This document shows, piece after piece, positions 1-10,459 of a DNA stretch of 64,000 nt (positions within the stretch are counted from its first letter, which is position 1; each line of letters begins with the position of its first letter). This DNA is from Eggerthella sp. GTDB lineage: Bacteria; Actinomycetota; Coriobacteriia; Coriobacteriales; Eggerthellaceae. The stretch spans positions 64,382 through 128,381 of the forward strand of contig JAUNWY010000004.1 of assembly GCA_030540085.1 (NCBI GenBank). The letters run 5' to 3'. The position numbers and the translations under genes were made by a program. The notes under the pieces are model-generated. The model was given only the letters and a program-made list of their open reading frames with translations. It was not told the DNA's origin and ran no database searches.

Positions 1-1581
1 AAAGGCGAAGGCGATTCGGTGGAAGAGCACTTCGACGACACCATTTACGGCGGCGACTTTTTGGCGAACCAACCGCAGGTACGCGCCATGTGCGAAGCCG
101 CACCAAAAATCGTCAACATGTTCGACCGCATGGGCGTAATGTTCAACAGAACCCCTGAAGGCTTGCTCGACCTGCGCAGATTCGGCGGCACGCAAAAACG
201 ACGCACCGCCTTTGCCGGCGCTACAACCGGTCAGCAGCTCCTCTATGCGCTCGACGAACAAGCGCGCGCCCTTGAGGTTGAAGGCAAGGTCCGCACCTAT
301 GTTGGTTGGGAATTCGTTTCCACCATAATTCATAACGGCGTATGCTGTGGAATCACCGCACAGGATCTTTCATCCATGGAGATACGCGCCTTCCCCGCCG
401 ATGCGGTTATTGTCGCAACCGGAGGCTGCGGTGCCGTATTCGGCAAATCAACCAACTCCACCATTAACACCGGCTACGCTGCAGCTCGTTGCTACCAACA
501 AGGAGCGCTCTATGCTAACGGCGAGTTCATCCAGATCCACCCCACTGCAATTCCTGGCTTTGACAAAAATCGCCTGATGAGCGAATCGGCGCGCGGCGAA
601 GGCGGCAGGGTCTGGACCTATAAGGATGGAAAGCCGTGGTATTTCCTGGAAGAAAGGTATCCCGCGTACGGCAATCTGGTGCCGCGCGATATTGCCACGC
701 GTGAGATCTTCGACGTATGCGTGAACCAGCACCTGGGTATCAACGGCGAAAACGTGGTGTATCTGGACGTTTCCCATATCCCCGCATCTGTTCTGAACGC
801 GAAGCTGGAAGGCATATTGGATATCTACCAAAAGTTCGTAGGCGACGACCCACGCAAGGTTCCCATGCGCGTGGCACCCAGCGTCCATTACTCAATGGGC
901 GGGCTTTGGGTAGGCCTTGATCAGCAAACAAGCATTCCAGGTCTGTTTGCCGCAGGTGAATGCGACTATACCCAACATGGAGCCAACCGCCTTGGGGCAA
1001 ATTCCCTTCTCTCTGCCGTATTCGCCGGCATGACCGCCGGGCCCAATGCCGCCGCCTACGCCAAGGGGCTCCCAGAAGGCCAGAACATCCCCCAAAGCGT
1101 CTACGAAAAGGCCGCCGCAAAGGACGAATCTGATTACCAGGGTATTTTGCAACTTGATGGCACCGAAAATGCCTACCGCCTACATCAGGAAATGGGCGAA
1201 CTCATGACGAAGAATGTCACCGTAGTTCGCAACAACGCGGATTTGGCTGAAACGCTGGTTAAGCTCGAAGAGATCGATGAGCGACTGTCCCGTATCGGCG
1301 TTCAAGACAAAGCAACCTGGAGCAATGCAAATGTGCCGTTCGTTCGCCAGCTTCATGGCATGGTAGATCTTGCCAAGGTCATAACAAAGGGCGCGCTGGA
1401 GCGAAACGAAAGCAGGGGAAGCCACTTTAAACCGGAATTCCCCGATCGCAACGATGAAGAATGGCTGAAAACCACTATCGCGCGTTACGACGCTGCTTCC
1501 CACAGCCCGGTACTCAGCTATGAAGAGGTAGACACCTCGCTCATTACGCCTCGTAAACGCGATTACACGAAAGCTCATTAG
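1..1581 (+). CDS. sdhA: Succinate dehydrogenase/fumarate reductase flavoprotein subunit (5'-truncated by window edge)
   Basis: Frame is open from base 1. Motifs RRFGG..RTAFAG, EFIQIHPT, SESARGEGG, HYSMGG, HGANRLGANSL, ESRGSH. Followed by the Fe-S subunit. Confidence 0.95.
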   Translation, partial: KGEGDSVEEHFDDTIYGGDFLANQPQVRAMCEAAPKIVNMFDRMGVMFNRTPEGLLDLRRFGGTQKRRTAFAGATTGQQLLYALDEQARALEVEGKVRTYVGWEFVSTIIHNGVCCGITAQDLSSMEIRAFPADAVIVATGGCGAVFGKSTNSTINTGYAAARCYQQGALYANGEFIQIHPTAIPGFDKNRLMSESARGEGGRVWTYKDGKPWYFLEERYPAYGNLVPRDIATREIFDVCVNQHLGINGENVVYLDVSHIPASVLNAKLEGILDIYQKFVGDDPRKVPMRVAPSVHYSMGGLWVGLDQQTSIPGLFAAGECDYTQHGANRLGANSLLSAVFAGMTAGPNAAAYAKGLPEGQNIPQSVYEKAAAKDESDYQGILQLDGTENAYRLHQEMGELMTKNVTVVRNNADLAETLVKLEEIDERLSRIGVQDKATWSNANVPFVRQLHGMVDLAKVITKGALERNESRGSHFKPEFPDRNDEEWLKTTIARYDAASHSPVLSYEEVDTSLITPRKRDYTKAH

Positions 1582-1594
1582 GAGGAGGCTCGCT

Positions 1595-2365
1595 ATGGAT
1601 ACAGAAACCGCAGTTCATGATCCTATTCGCCTCATCATCAAGCGACAAGAGGGCCCCGACGCAAAACCGCGCTGGGAAGAATTCAGCGTTGCCTATCAAC
1701 CGCATATGAACGTGGTATCGGCCCTGATGGAAATCAGGAAGAACCCCGTAAACGCTCAAGGCAAACCAACCACCCCCGTGGTTTGGGAAAGTGTATGCCT
1801 TGAAGAAGTTTGCGGGGCCTGCACCATGATCATCAACGGCACGCCACGCCAAGCTTGTTCGGCTCTTATCGACGATCTAAAGCAGCCCATTCGACTGGAA
1901 CCACTAACCAAATTTCCCTTGGTGCGCGACCTGAAAGTGGACAGAACCCTTTTGTTTGATGCGCTCAAAAAGACCCATGCTTGGATCGACATAGATGGCC
2001 CTTTCGATTTAGGACCAGGGCCCCGCATGTCTGCACACACTCAAAGCTGGGCCTATGAGCTGTCTCGTTGCATGACCTGTGGCTGTTGTTTCGAAGCCTG
2101 CCCCAATACCGGGCATGCAAATAAGTTCGTTGGACCTGCTGCCATTTCCCAGGTCCGTCTGTTCAATGCCCACCCCACCGGCAAGCTGAACAAGCAAGAG
2201 CGTCTGCGCTCGATCATGGGAGCCGATGGCATAACCAGCTGCGGCAATGCCCAGAATTGCGTTCGAGTATGCCCCAAAGACATTCCCCTCACCACTTCTA
2301 TCGCCCAGATGAACCGCGACACCACGGTGCAGAGCATCCGAAATGTTTTCGGAAGCGATGCTTAA
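1595..2365 (+). CDS. sdhB: Succinate dehydrogenase/fumarate reductase iron-sulfur subunit
   Basis: CLEEVCGAC [2Fe-2S] motif, CMTCGCCFEACP and CGNAQNCVRVCP clusters; RBS AGGAGG upstream. Confidence 0.95.
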   Translation: MDTETAVHDPIRLIIKRQEGPDAKPRWEEFSVAYQPHMNVVSALMEIRKNPVNAQGKPTTPVVWESVCLEEVCGACTMIINGTPRQACSALIDDLKQPIRLEPLTKFPLVRDLKVDRTLLFDALKKTHAWIDIDGPFDLGPGPRMSAHTQSWAYELSRCMTCGCCFEACPNTGHANKFVGPAAISQVRLFNAHPTGKLNKQERLRSIMGADGITSCGNAQNCVRVCPKDIPLTTSIAQMNRDTTVQSIRNVFGSDA

Positions 2366-2388
2366 CACAAAACCCGATACCGGCGCAT

Positions 2389-2420
2389 AAAAAATGGGGC
2401 TCCGTCAGGGAGCCCCATTT
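2389..2420. terminator. Bidirectional intrinsic terminator between sdhB and gltD
   Basis: Stem AAATGGGGCTCC/GGAGCCCCATTT with A-run on the left and T-run on the right, between convergent genes. Confidence 0.8.
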
Positions 2421-2433
2421 GCTTCACCAAATA

Positions 2434-3894
2434 CTATTTCAGCAGATCAGCAGCTACTTCTTTTGCGCAAGCCAAGCCGTCGGCAAGCGAATTGACCACC
2501 AAGGTGGAACCATGTTTCGCGTCACCTGCAGCGTAGATGGGCGTATCGCCCTCGTGCTTAACGCGATGCGTGCCTTCAACCATAACGGGGCGAACTCCGC
2601 GTCCATCGACAACCTCAGCACCCAGGGCATCATAGATGCCGCGTTCGGGTCCGGTAAAACCGCATGCAATAAGAACTAGCTGAGCAGGCATAACGCGCTC
2701 AGTATCCATCTGACGCTGGGGAGCGCCCTGGCTCCAATCAAGCGTAACCACGCGCAAGCCAGTTACGTGACCTTCTTCGCCCAGAACCTCTACCGTATCA
2801 GCAGCGAACGAGCGCGGATCTTCTTTGAAATGCTCGATTGCCTCACGTTGACCATAGTCGGTCTTTTTCACGAAAGGCCATTCGGGCCACTGGTTGGAAG
2901 CAGCACGCACCTCGGGAGGCGCAGCGTTGTACTCCAGCTGGTGCACGCTCTTTGCGCCCTGGCGAAGAGCCGTTGCGATACAGTCGGTGCCCGTGTCGCC
3001 GCCGCCGATAACAACAACGTCCAGATCCTTGGCAGAAATTGCCGGTTCAGTGCCGTTGATTACCGATTTCGTGGAAGAAGTGAGGTAATCAACCGCAAAC
3101 ACCACGCCTTTCTGGTCGGCGCCAGGAGCAGCAAGGCCACGCGGAGCCGCTGCACCAACGGCAACAACAACCGCATCGAAGTCGGACTTCAGACGCGCTG
3201 CCACCGCTTCTTCAGATGCATCGGTATTCAGCTCGAAGGAAATACCGCCTTCCTCGAGGAACTTGATGCGACGATCAACGATTTCTTTCGGCAGCTTCAT
3301 ATTCGGGATGCCGTACATCAGCAAACCACCAGCACGGTCGTGACGCTCGAATACGGTTACGCGGATGCCCGCTTCAGCCAGCTGCCAAGCAGCGCCCAAA
3401 CCGCAGGGACCAGAGCCGACCACCGCAACCTTCGGCGCATCGGCGGCAGGTTTCGGCAAGGGCTTAGGACCGCCCGTTGCCCACTGATGATCGGAAATGG
3501 CACGCTCGTTGTCGCGGATGGTGGTAGGACCCTCGATGGAGGCAAGGTTGCAAGCAGCCTCGCACAGTGCCGGGCACACACGACCCGTGAACTCAGGGAA
3601 CGGATTGGTGAGCGACAGTCGTTCGGCCGCGTCGTCCCACAAACCGCGATACACCAAATCATTCCATTCGGGAATAAGGTTGTGCAGCGGGCAGCCTGAA
3701 GGACGAGCCTTACCGAAGCTGTAGCCAGCCTGGCAAAATGCCACACCGCACATCATGCAACGGCTTGCCTGAACCTGCTGCTCCTCTTCAGAAAGAGGCA
3801 GGGCGAATTCCTTGAAGTCTTCGATGGCCTCCAACGCCTCGCGTTCACTATGAGCAACGCGATCGTGCTCGAGATATGCTCCTGCTTTGCCCAT
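2434..3894 (-). CDS. gltD: Glutamate synthase small subunit
   Basis: RCMMCGVAFC..GCP, TNPFPEFTGRVCPALCE, GSGPCG, GGLLMYGIP, GGGDTGTDC; start overlaps gltB stop. Confidence 0.93.
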   Translation of the reverse strand: MGKAGAYLEHDRVAHSEREALEAIEDFKEFALPLSEEEQQVQASRCMMCGVAFCQAGYSFGKARPSGCPLHNLIPEWNDLVYRGLWDDAAERLSLTNPFPEFTGRVCPALCEAACNLASIEGPTTIRDNERAISDHQWATGGPKPLPKPAADAPKVAVVGSGPCGLGAAWQLAEAGIRVTVFERHDRAGGLLMYGIPNMKLPKEIVDRRIKFLEEGGISFELNTDASEEAVAARLKSDFDAVVVAVGAAAPRGLAAPGADQKGVVFAVDYLTSSTKSVINGTEPAISAKDLDVVVIGGGDTGTDCIATALRQGAKSVHQLEYNAAPPEVRAASNQWPEWPFVKKTDYGQREAIEHFKEDPRSFAADTVEVLGEEGHVTGLRVVTLDWSQGAPQRQMDTERVMPAQLVLIACGFTGPERGIYDALGAEVVDGRGVRPVMVEGTHRVKHEGDTPIYAAGDAKHGSTLVVNSLADGLACAKEVAADLLK

Positions 3895-6800
3895 TACTGG
3901 CGCCCCTTTCCTACGATCTCGTATGCCTCTTCAAGCGCTTCTTCGTGGCTCTTGCCCTCAGCCTCTGCTGCAGCAACAATCTCCAAAACACGCTCGTATT
4001 CAACCGGAATAACCTTTACGAAGTGCTGCTTCATGGCTTCGAAGCGGTACAGCATCTTGATGCCACGCGGGCTCTGCGTATAGCCAACATGCTCTTCGAT
4101 AAGGCTGTGGATAAGCTCGATCTCGGCATCGGTGGGGGTCTCAAGCTTTACCGAACCCATGTTGCAACGGCTTTCCAACGTGCCGTACTCGTCGTACACG
4201 TAGGCTACGCCACCGGTCATGCCTGCTGCGAAGTTCAAGCCAACCTCGCCCAAGATAAGGGCAGTGCCGCCGGTCATGTATTCGCAGCCATGGTTGCCAA
4301 CACCTTCAACCACGATGGTAGCGCCGGAGTTGCGCACGCCAAAGCGCTGACCGGCAAGACCGTTTACAAAACCGCGGCCCGACGTTGCACCGAAGAAGGC
4401 AACGTTGCCCACAATGGTGTTCTCGTCGAACTTGTACGTGGCATCTTCGGAAGGATGAACCGAAAGGATACCGCCGGAAAGACCCTTGCCGAAGTAGTCG
4501 TTCGCATCGCCCGTAACGTTGAGCGTAACGCCCTTCGGGATGAAGGCGCCGAAGCTCTGACCGGCAGAGCCTTCGCAGTCGACCGTCACCGAACCATCGG
4601 GCAGGCCTTCAGGGTGCGCCTTGGTTACCGCAGCGCCCAAGATGGTACCCACGCAACGATTTACGTTGGCGATATCGGCACGGAAGCGAACCGGCTTCAT
4701 ATGTTTGCGAGCCTGCTCAGTCATGGGCAGGAACAGCGTTGAGTCAAGCGACTTCTCCAGCTCCACGTCGTACTTCATCTGAGGCAAGAAGTGACGACCA
4801 GCCGCACCGGGAATATGGGCACCAAACTCACATTCGCCATTGGCAAGAACCGAGGAAAGATCCAGCAGGTTCGCCTTCCAGTTGCCCGGCACCTCAACCT
4901 GGCGCAAGCACTCGGGATGGCCAACCATTTCATCTACCGTACGGAAGCCGAGCGAAGCCATAACCTCACGCAGTTGTTCGGCAACGAAGAGCATGAAGTT
5001 CACCACGTGCTCGGGCTTGCCGCGGAAGCACTTGCGCAAGCGGCAGTTCTGCGTGGCGATACCAGCGGGGCACGTATCCTGCTGGCAGTCGCGCTGCATC
5101 AGACAGCCCATAGCAATGAGCGGCATCGTCGCAAAGCCGAACTCTTCAGCGCCGAGCAGGCAGGCAACGGCAACATCCTTGCCGTCCATCAGCTTGCCGT
5201 CAGCCTCAAGAACAACGCGGGAACGCAGACCGTTCTGCAGCAGCGTCTGCTGAGCCTCGGCAATGCCAAGCTCGAGAGGCAAGCCTGCATGCCAGATGGA
5301 ATCGCGCGGAGCAGCACCCGAACCGCCATTGTGGCCAGAAATCAGGATCTTATCAGCAGCGCCCTTGGCAACGCCGGTTGCAATGGTGCCAACGCCAGCC
5401 TCGGAAACGAGCTTCACGGAAACGCGCGCATTGGGGTTTGCGTTCTTCAAGTCGAAGATCAGCTCGGCCAAGTCTTCGATGGAGTAGATGTCATGATGCG
5501 GCGGAGGCGAAATCAAGCCAATGCCCGGCGTAGACTGACGAACTTCGGCGATCCAGGGATATACCTTCTTACCAGGCAGGTGACCGCCTTCGCCAGGCTT
5601 TGCGCCCTGGGCCATCTTGATCTGGATCTCGATAGCCGAAGAAAGATAACGGCTCGTGACACCGAAGCGACCGGAGGCAATCTGCTTGATAGCGGAGTTC
5701 ATGGAATCGCCGTTGGGCAACGGGGTCTCGCGCTTCGGGTCTTCACCGCCTTCACCGGAGTTCGAACGGCCGCCCAGACGGTTCATGGCAATAGCCATGC
5801 ACTTGTGGGCTTCCTCGGAAATGGAGCCGTAGCTCATAGCGCCCGTGTTGAAACGCTTGGCAATGTTCTCGGCAGGCTCAACTTCTTCCAGCGGAACAGG
5901 GGTGCGATCAGTTACGAAGTCAAGCAGATCGCGCAAGCGAATCGCACGCCCTTCCTGATGCAGATGATCGCTGTATTCCTTGAACATCTCATAGTTACCC
6001 TCACGGCAAGCATGTTGCAGCAGGTAGATGGTCTGCGGATCGATAAGATGCTCTTCACCGCCCTGCGGACGCCACTTGGTAAGGCCCAAGGAAGGCAGCT
6101 GCTCGGGTGCCGGCGTGCTGAGGATAGCCACGGCATCGTCGTAGCGCTGATTCTCTTCGCGCTGAACATCGGCAACGCCCAAGCCGCCCACACGGGAAAC
6201 GGTGCCAGCAAAATACCGATCGACGAATTCCTGCTTGAAGCCAACAGCCTCAAAGATCTGAGCGGAATGGTAGCTCTGAACCGTGGAAATACCCATCTTC
6301 GACATGATGGAGGTGATTCCCGCGGTTACCGCCTTGTTGTAGTTCGCAATGCCCTCTTCGGCAGATACGGACAAAGCGCCCTTTGCCGCCAAATCAGCGA
6401 TGCACTCATGGGCCATATAGGGGTAAATGCCCGAAGCGGAATAACCAACCAAAGCAGCAAAGTCGTGTGCGGAAATGGCATCGCCCGTCTCAACCACGAA
6501 GTCGGCGAAAGTGCGAACACCCACACGGATAAGGTGGTTGTGAACAGAAGAAACTGCCAGGAGCGAAGGAATGGGAACCTCGCCTTCTGCAGCACGGTCG
6601 GAAAGCACGATGATGCTTACCCCGTTGCGCACAGCCTTTTCAACACTGCATGCCAAGTTTTCCAGCGCCTCTTCCAGTGCGTTCTCGCCGTCTTCGCGAC
6701 GATACGTAGCGCTGAAACGCTGGGCCTTGAAACCAACGCGGTCTACCGCACAGATGCGATCGAACTGGTCCTTCGTCAGCATGGGGCCATCGAGTCGAAT

Positions 6801-8498
6801 CAGCTGGCAAGCCGTGCGGGAATCTTCCAGAAGATTGCCGTGGTTGCCAATGTAGAGCACGCTCGAAGTAACCAGGCTCTCACGCAAAGCGTCGATAGGC
6901 GGATTGGTTACCTGGGCGAACAGCTGGTAGAAGTAATCGAAGAAGGAACGGTTCTTCTTCGAGAGGCACGCGAGGGAAGCATCGATGCCCATGGAAGCCA
7001 GGGGCACACCGCCCTTTTCAGCCATGGCGCGAACCACTTCATCCACGTCATCCCAGTGGTAGCCCAGCTTAGCCATGCGTACGGTCATGGGGACCTCGGC
7101 ATCGCGCGCAGCATCGGTCTGGGCGGGGGCATCAAGATCGGAAACTTCGATCTTCTCTTCCTTTACCCAATCGCTATAGGGCTTTTCCTTTGCATAACGG
7201 GCACGCAGCTCGTCATTCCAGATAACGCGATCGGCCGTAGTATCGATTTCCACCATTTCACCAGGACCAAGGCAGCCTGCGGTAAGGATGTTGGAGGGCT
7301 CGATTTCGATGGTTCCAACCTCGGAGGAAAGCAGGAAGCGATCATCACGCGTGACGTAGTAACGAGCAGGACGCAGGCCGTTGCGATCGAGCGCAGCACC
7401 GAACGTGGAGCCATCGGTGTAGGCGATAGCGGCCGGACCATCCCACGGCTCCATGAGCATGGACTGGTATTCGTCATAGGCACGACGACGAGCGGGGAGC
7501 GTTTCGTTGTGGTCCCACGGCTCGGGCAGCAACATGGAAACGGCACGGGTCATATCGCGACCATTCATCACCAAGAACTCGAGCACATTATCGAGGATGG
7601 CAGAGTCGGAGCCCTCTTTGTTGATGATAGGCAGAACAGATTCCAAATCCTTGCCCAAAACCGGCGAGTACAGGTTTGGTTCGCGGGCACGAATCCAGTT
7701 CACGTTGCCCTTCAGCGTGTTGATTTCGCCGTTATGGATGATGTAACGATTCGGATGAGCGCGCTCCCACGAGGGGGTGGTGTTCGTGGAGTAGCGCGAA
7801 TGAACCAACGCGATTGCAGTCTTCACCGCTGCATCGGAAAGGTCCAGGTAGAAACGGCGCATCTGGGTAGCAACAAGCATGCCCTTGTACACAATGGTAC
7901 GCGCACTGAAAGAGCATACGTAGAAGATATGGCCCTTCAGCGCATGTTCGGCATCGGCAGCCTTTTCCACCATACGGCGGCATACATACAGACGGCGCTC
8001 GAACGCTTCGCCACGCTCAACGTCTTCGGGGCGACCTACGAATGCCTGCAGGATGGTAGGCATGCAGGCGCGTGCGGTGGAACCCAAATCGTGGGGATCG
8101 ATGGGAACCTCGCGCCAAAACAGCAGGGGCAAACCAGCCTTCGCACAACCTTCTTCGAAAATGCGCTTGGAAACCTCTACGCCACGCTCGGCTTGGGGGA
8201 AAAAGAGCATAGCCACGCCATAGTCGCCTTCATCGGGAAGAAGGTGACCGTACTTCTGCGCTTCCTTGCGGAAGAAGTGGTGCGGAACTTGGAACAAGAT
8301 ACCGGCGCCATCGCCCGTATTGTGCTCCAAACCCTTACCACCGCGATGCTCCAGATTGACAAGGACCGAAAGGGCATCGTCGATCATCTGATGCGAGCGC
8401 ACACCTTTCAGATGTGCCAGCGCGCCAATACCGCACGCATCATGCTCGAACTCAGGACGATACAGCCCGCTTTGCGCAGGCACGTTCCGTGTTTGCAT
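3894..8498 (-). CDS. gltB: Glutamate synthase large subunit
   Basis: EHDACGIG (Cys1 amidotransferase), HSRYSTNT, HNGEINT, QIKMAQGAKPGEGG, CLMQRDCQQDTCP, C-terminal GXGXG repeats; 1534 aa. Confidence 0.97.
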   Translation of the reverse strand: MQTRNVPAQSGLYRPEFEHDACGIGALAHLKGVRSHQMIDDALSVLVNLEHRGGKGLEHNTGDGAGILFQVPHHFFRKEAQKYGHLLPDEGDYGVAMLFFPQAERGVEVSKRIFEEGCAKAGLPLLFWREVPIDPHDLGSTARACMPTILQAFVGRPEDVERGEAFERRLYVCRRMVEKAADAEHALKGHIFYVCSFSARTIVYKGMLVATQMRRFYLDLSDAAVKTAIALVHSRYSTNTTPSWERAHPNRYIIHNGEINTLKGNVNWIRAREPNLYSPVLGKDLESVLPIINKEGSDSAILDNVLEFLVMNGRDMTRAVSMLLPEPWDHNETLPARRRAYDEYQSMLMEPWDGPAAIAYTDGSTFGAALDRNGLRPARYYVTRDDRFLLSSEVGTIEIEPSNILTAGCLGPGEMVEIDTTADRVIWNDELRARYAKEKPYSDWVKEEKIEVSDLDAPAQTDAARDAEVPMTVRMAKLGYHWDDVDEVVRAMAEKGGVPLASMGIDASLACLSKKNRSFFDYFYQLFAQVTNPPIDALRESLVTSSVLYIGNHGNLLEDSRTACQLIRLDGPMLTKDQFDRICAVDRVGFKAQRFSATYRREDGENALEEALENLACSVEKAVRNGVSIIVLSDRAAEGEVPIPSLLAVSSVHNHLIRVGVRTFADFVVETGDAISAHDFAALVGYSASGIYPYMAHECIADLAAKGALSVSAEEGIANYNKAVTAGITSIMSKMGISTVQSYHSAQIFEAVGFKQEFVDRYFAGTVSRVGGLGVADVQREENQRYDDAVAILSTPAPEQLPSLGLTKWRPQGGEEHLIDPQTIYLLQHACREGNYEMFKEYSDHLHQEGRAIRLRDLLDFVTDRTPVPLEEVEPAENIAKRFNTGAMSYGSISEEAHKCMAIAMNRLGGRSNSGEGGEDPKRETPLPNGDSMNSAIKQIASGRFGVTSRYLSSAIEIQIKMAQGAKPGEGGHLPGKKVYPWIAEVRQSTPGIGLISPPPHHDIYSIEDLAELIFDLKNANPNARVSVKLVSEAGVGTIATGVAKGAADKILISGHNGGSGAAPRDSIWHAGLPLELGIAEAQQTLLQNGLRSRVVLEADGKLMDGKDVAVACLLGAEEFGFATMPLIAMGCLMQRDCQQDTCPAGIATQNCRLRKCFRGKPEHVVNFMLFVAEQLREVMASLGFRTVDEMVGHPECLRQVEVPGNWKANLLDLSSVLANGECEFGAHIPGAAGRHFLPQMKYDVELEKSLDSTLFLPMTEQARKHMKPVRFRADIANVNRCVGTILGAAVTKAHPEGLPDGSVTVDCEGSAGQSFGAFIPKGVTLNVTGDANDYFGKGLSGGILSVHPSEDATYKFDENTIVGNVAFFGATSGRGFVNGLAGQRFGVRNSGATIVVEGVGNHGCEYMTGGTALILGEVGLNFAAGMTGGVAYVYDEYGTLESRCNMGSVKLETPTDAEIELIHSLIEEHVGYTQSPRGIKMLYRFEAMKQHFVKVIPVEYERVLEIVAAAEAEGKSHEEALEEAYEIVGKGRQ

Positions 8499-8716
8499 TC
8501 TGAACCTCTCACTCTCACAATCGAAAAGCCGTTGGGTGCTTGTCCTCTCCGCTCAACGACTTTCGCGAACCGTTTGCCTTTCTCGTTTTAAGAAAGGTGG
8601 GGATAATTCGCTAGCAAACAAGGTACCGCCTTAGGCAGGCAGCTTTTGGCTTCGTTTCGATACGTAACAAAGCAGATTTCAAGAGTTAACACGCATGAAA
8701 TAAGTGGTTCAAAGTA

Positions 8717-9424
8717 TCATGCCAGGCTCGCAGGCACATAGGCGCGACGGTAAAATCCGCGAGCGCCATCGGATACCACCTGGCATATAGCGCCAATGGC
8801 AACCATCGAAATAACCGTGCCAACGCCCACGCCGAATAAATGGCCGGTCATCGCAAGCGCCATTACACATGCGATGGAAAAGCGCAGCACATCGTTGATG
8901 ATCTTCGCCTTGCCGAAGGGAAGATGGGTGATTTTCATAAAGGCCTGCGTGCAGCCATCGGCGGGGTTCAAAACGAAATCCATAGCCACCATGGCGCTTA
9001 CCCCTATACCGATAAGCGTGATGCCGATCGTGAACATAATGCAGCTGGTAAGCAGGTTTGGATCATGGCAAAACCAGAAGAAATCAAGCCCCAACACAAA
9101 GTCAAACAGGTCGATAAGGCAACCGAATGCAAAGGCAAAAGGAATCTGAAGAGCGATTTTGACATTGAGCGTTCGAAATACCAGAACTTGAATAAGAATA
9201 TCGATGCAGTATAGGCATATGCACGATTGCCCCAAGGTAAGCAGGTGGGTGCCTTCACTGAACACCAACGGTACCGATTGGAATGCCGGCGCGCCGAAAT
9301 CACTTCGCGCGCTCAAGACAACGCCTACGCCCAAAATCAAAATGCCACCAAGATATATGGCTATGCGCAAAGGCATAGAGCGGGTTGTGGCGGCCTTGCC
9401 TTCCCCTGCTGCGATGCTTCCCAT
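8717..9424 (-). CDS. YczE/YyaS/YitT-like membrane protein
   Basis: About six hydrophobic segments, GVVL..SDFGA, P.DG and GVGVGTVIS signatures. Confidence 0.7.
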   Translation of the reverse strand: MGSIAAGEGKAATTRSMPLRIAIYLGGILILGVGVVLSARSDFGAPAFQSVPLVFSEGTHLLTLGQSCICLYCIDILIQVLVFRTLNVKIALQIPFAFAFGCLIDLFDFVLGLDFFWFCHDPNLLTSCIMFTIGITLIGIGVSAMVAMDFVLNPADGCTQAFMKITHLPFGKAKIINDVLRFSIACVMALAMTGHLFGVGVGTVISMVAIGAICQVVSDGARGFYRRAYVPASLA

Positions 9425-9581
9425 GGTAATCTTCTTCCCCCTCGATCCGCCGCTCCAAACCTTCCCTCCGATGAAACGACGGCTTTCATGCCAGTGTAGC
9501 AGTACGGTGCCACTCGGTGCATTTAAAGCGCTTCATCGGGTATGCTGAAAGAGCGCATCGACGCGAGGGGAAGGGGCCGCA

Positions 9582-10439
9582 ATGGCAAAGAAGATCACGA
9601 AAAAACAGGCAAGGAAGGCAACCGAGGCAGCCGTCGAAAATGCCTTGGAAAAATACCTTTCAACAACGCTTAGCGCCGACGAAGAAAAACAGGGCGGCGA
9701 CACTTCGCCCCTCGGAACGCCCTACCGCCGTGGCTCGGTAACCCTACGCGGAAAGATGGTCCCTCGCTACAGCACCACAGGAAAGCTGATCAGCGAAGAG
9801 CCGGGCACCGATTGGCGCGATGCCGACCCTTGGCGCACACTGCGCATCCAGTCCGAGTTCGTGGACGGCTTTGACGCTCTTGCCAAATTAGGGCCGGCAG
9901 TATCCATATTCGGATCAGCCCGAACCGAACCAACCGACCCTTATTATGAACACGCCATGCAAATCGCAGGCAAGCTTGCCAATAGGGACATTGCCGTTAT
10001 CACCGGCGGTGGCCCCGGCATTATGGAAGCGGCAAACCGTGGAGCAGCACTTGCGGGTGGCACTTCGGTAGGTCTTTCCATCGAGCTTCCCTTTGAAGAA
10101 ACCACCAACGATTGGGTTAATCTCGGAATCGAGTTCCGCTACTTCTTCGTCCGCAAAACCATGTTCGTAAAGTACTCTTCGGGTGCTATCTTCTTCCCTG
10201 GCGGCTTTGGCACGCTTGACGAGATGTTCGAGGTGCTGGTGCTGGCACAAACGCATAAGATCGGGAACATGCCCATCGTGCTGTTCGGCACCGAATACTG
10301 GCAAGATCTAGTCAGCTGGATCAAGGGCCCCTTGCTTAAGCAGAACATGATCAGCGAATCCGACATCGACTTGTTCACCGTTACCGACAGCCATGAAGAA
10401 GCCATCCGCATAGCAACAAGCGGCATTAAGTCGAAATAA
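9582..10439 (+). CDS. LOG family (TIGR00730) nucleotide monophosphate nucleosidase-like protein
   Basis: SIFGSAR, TGGGPGIMEAAN, YFFVRK, FPGGFGTLDE motifs. Confidence 0.9.
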   Translation: MAKKITKKQARKATEAAVENALEKYLSTTLSADEEKQGGDTSPLGTPYRRGSVTLRGKMVPRYSTTGKLISEEPGTDWRDADPWRTLRIQSEFVDGFDALAKLGPAVSIFGSARTEPTDPYYEHAMQIAGKLANRDIAVITGGGPGIMEAANRGAALAGGTSVGLSIELPFEETTNDWVNLGIEFRYFFVRKTMFVKYSSGAIFFPGGFGTLDEMFEVLVLAQTHKIGNMPIVLFGTEYWQDLVSWIKGPLLKQNMISESDIDLFTVTDSHEEAIRIATSGIKSK

Positions 10440-10459
10440 CCTGCCCCGAAAGGAACGTT

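Noticed and set aside
4791-8591. 1266-aa plus-strand ORF
   Set aside because: Lies antisense to gltB over almost its whole length and has no motifs; a shadow ORF expected from GC-biased codon usage.
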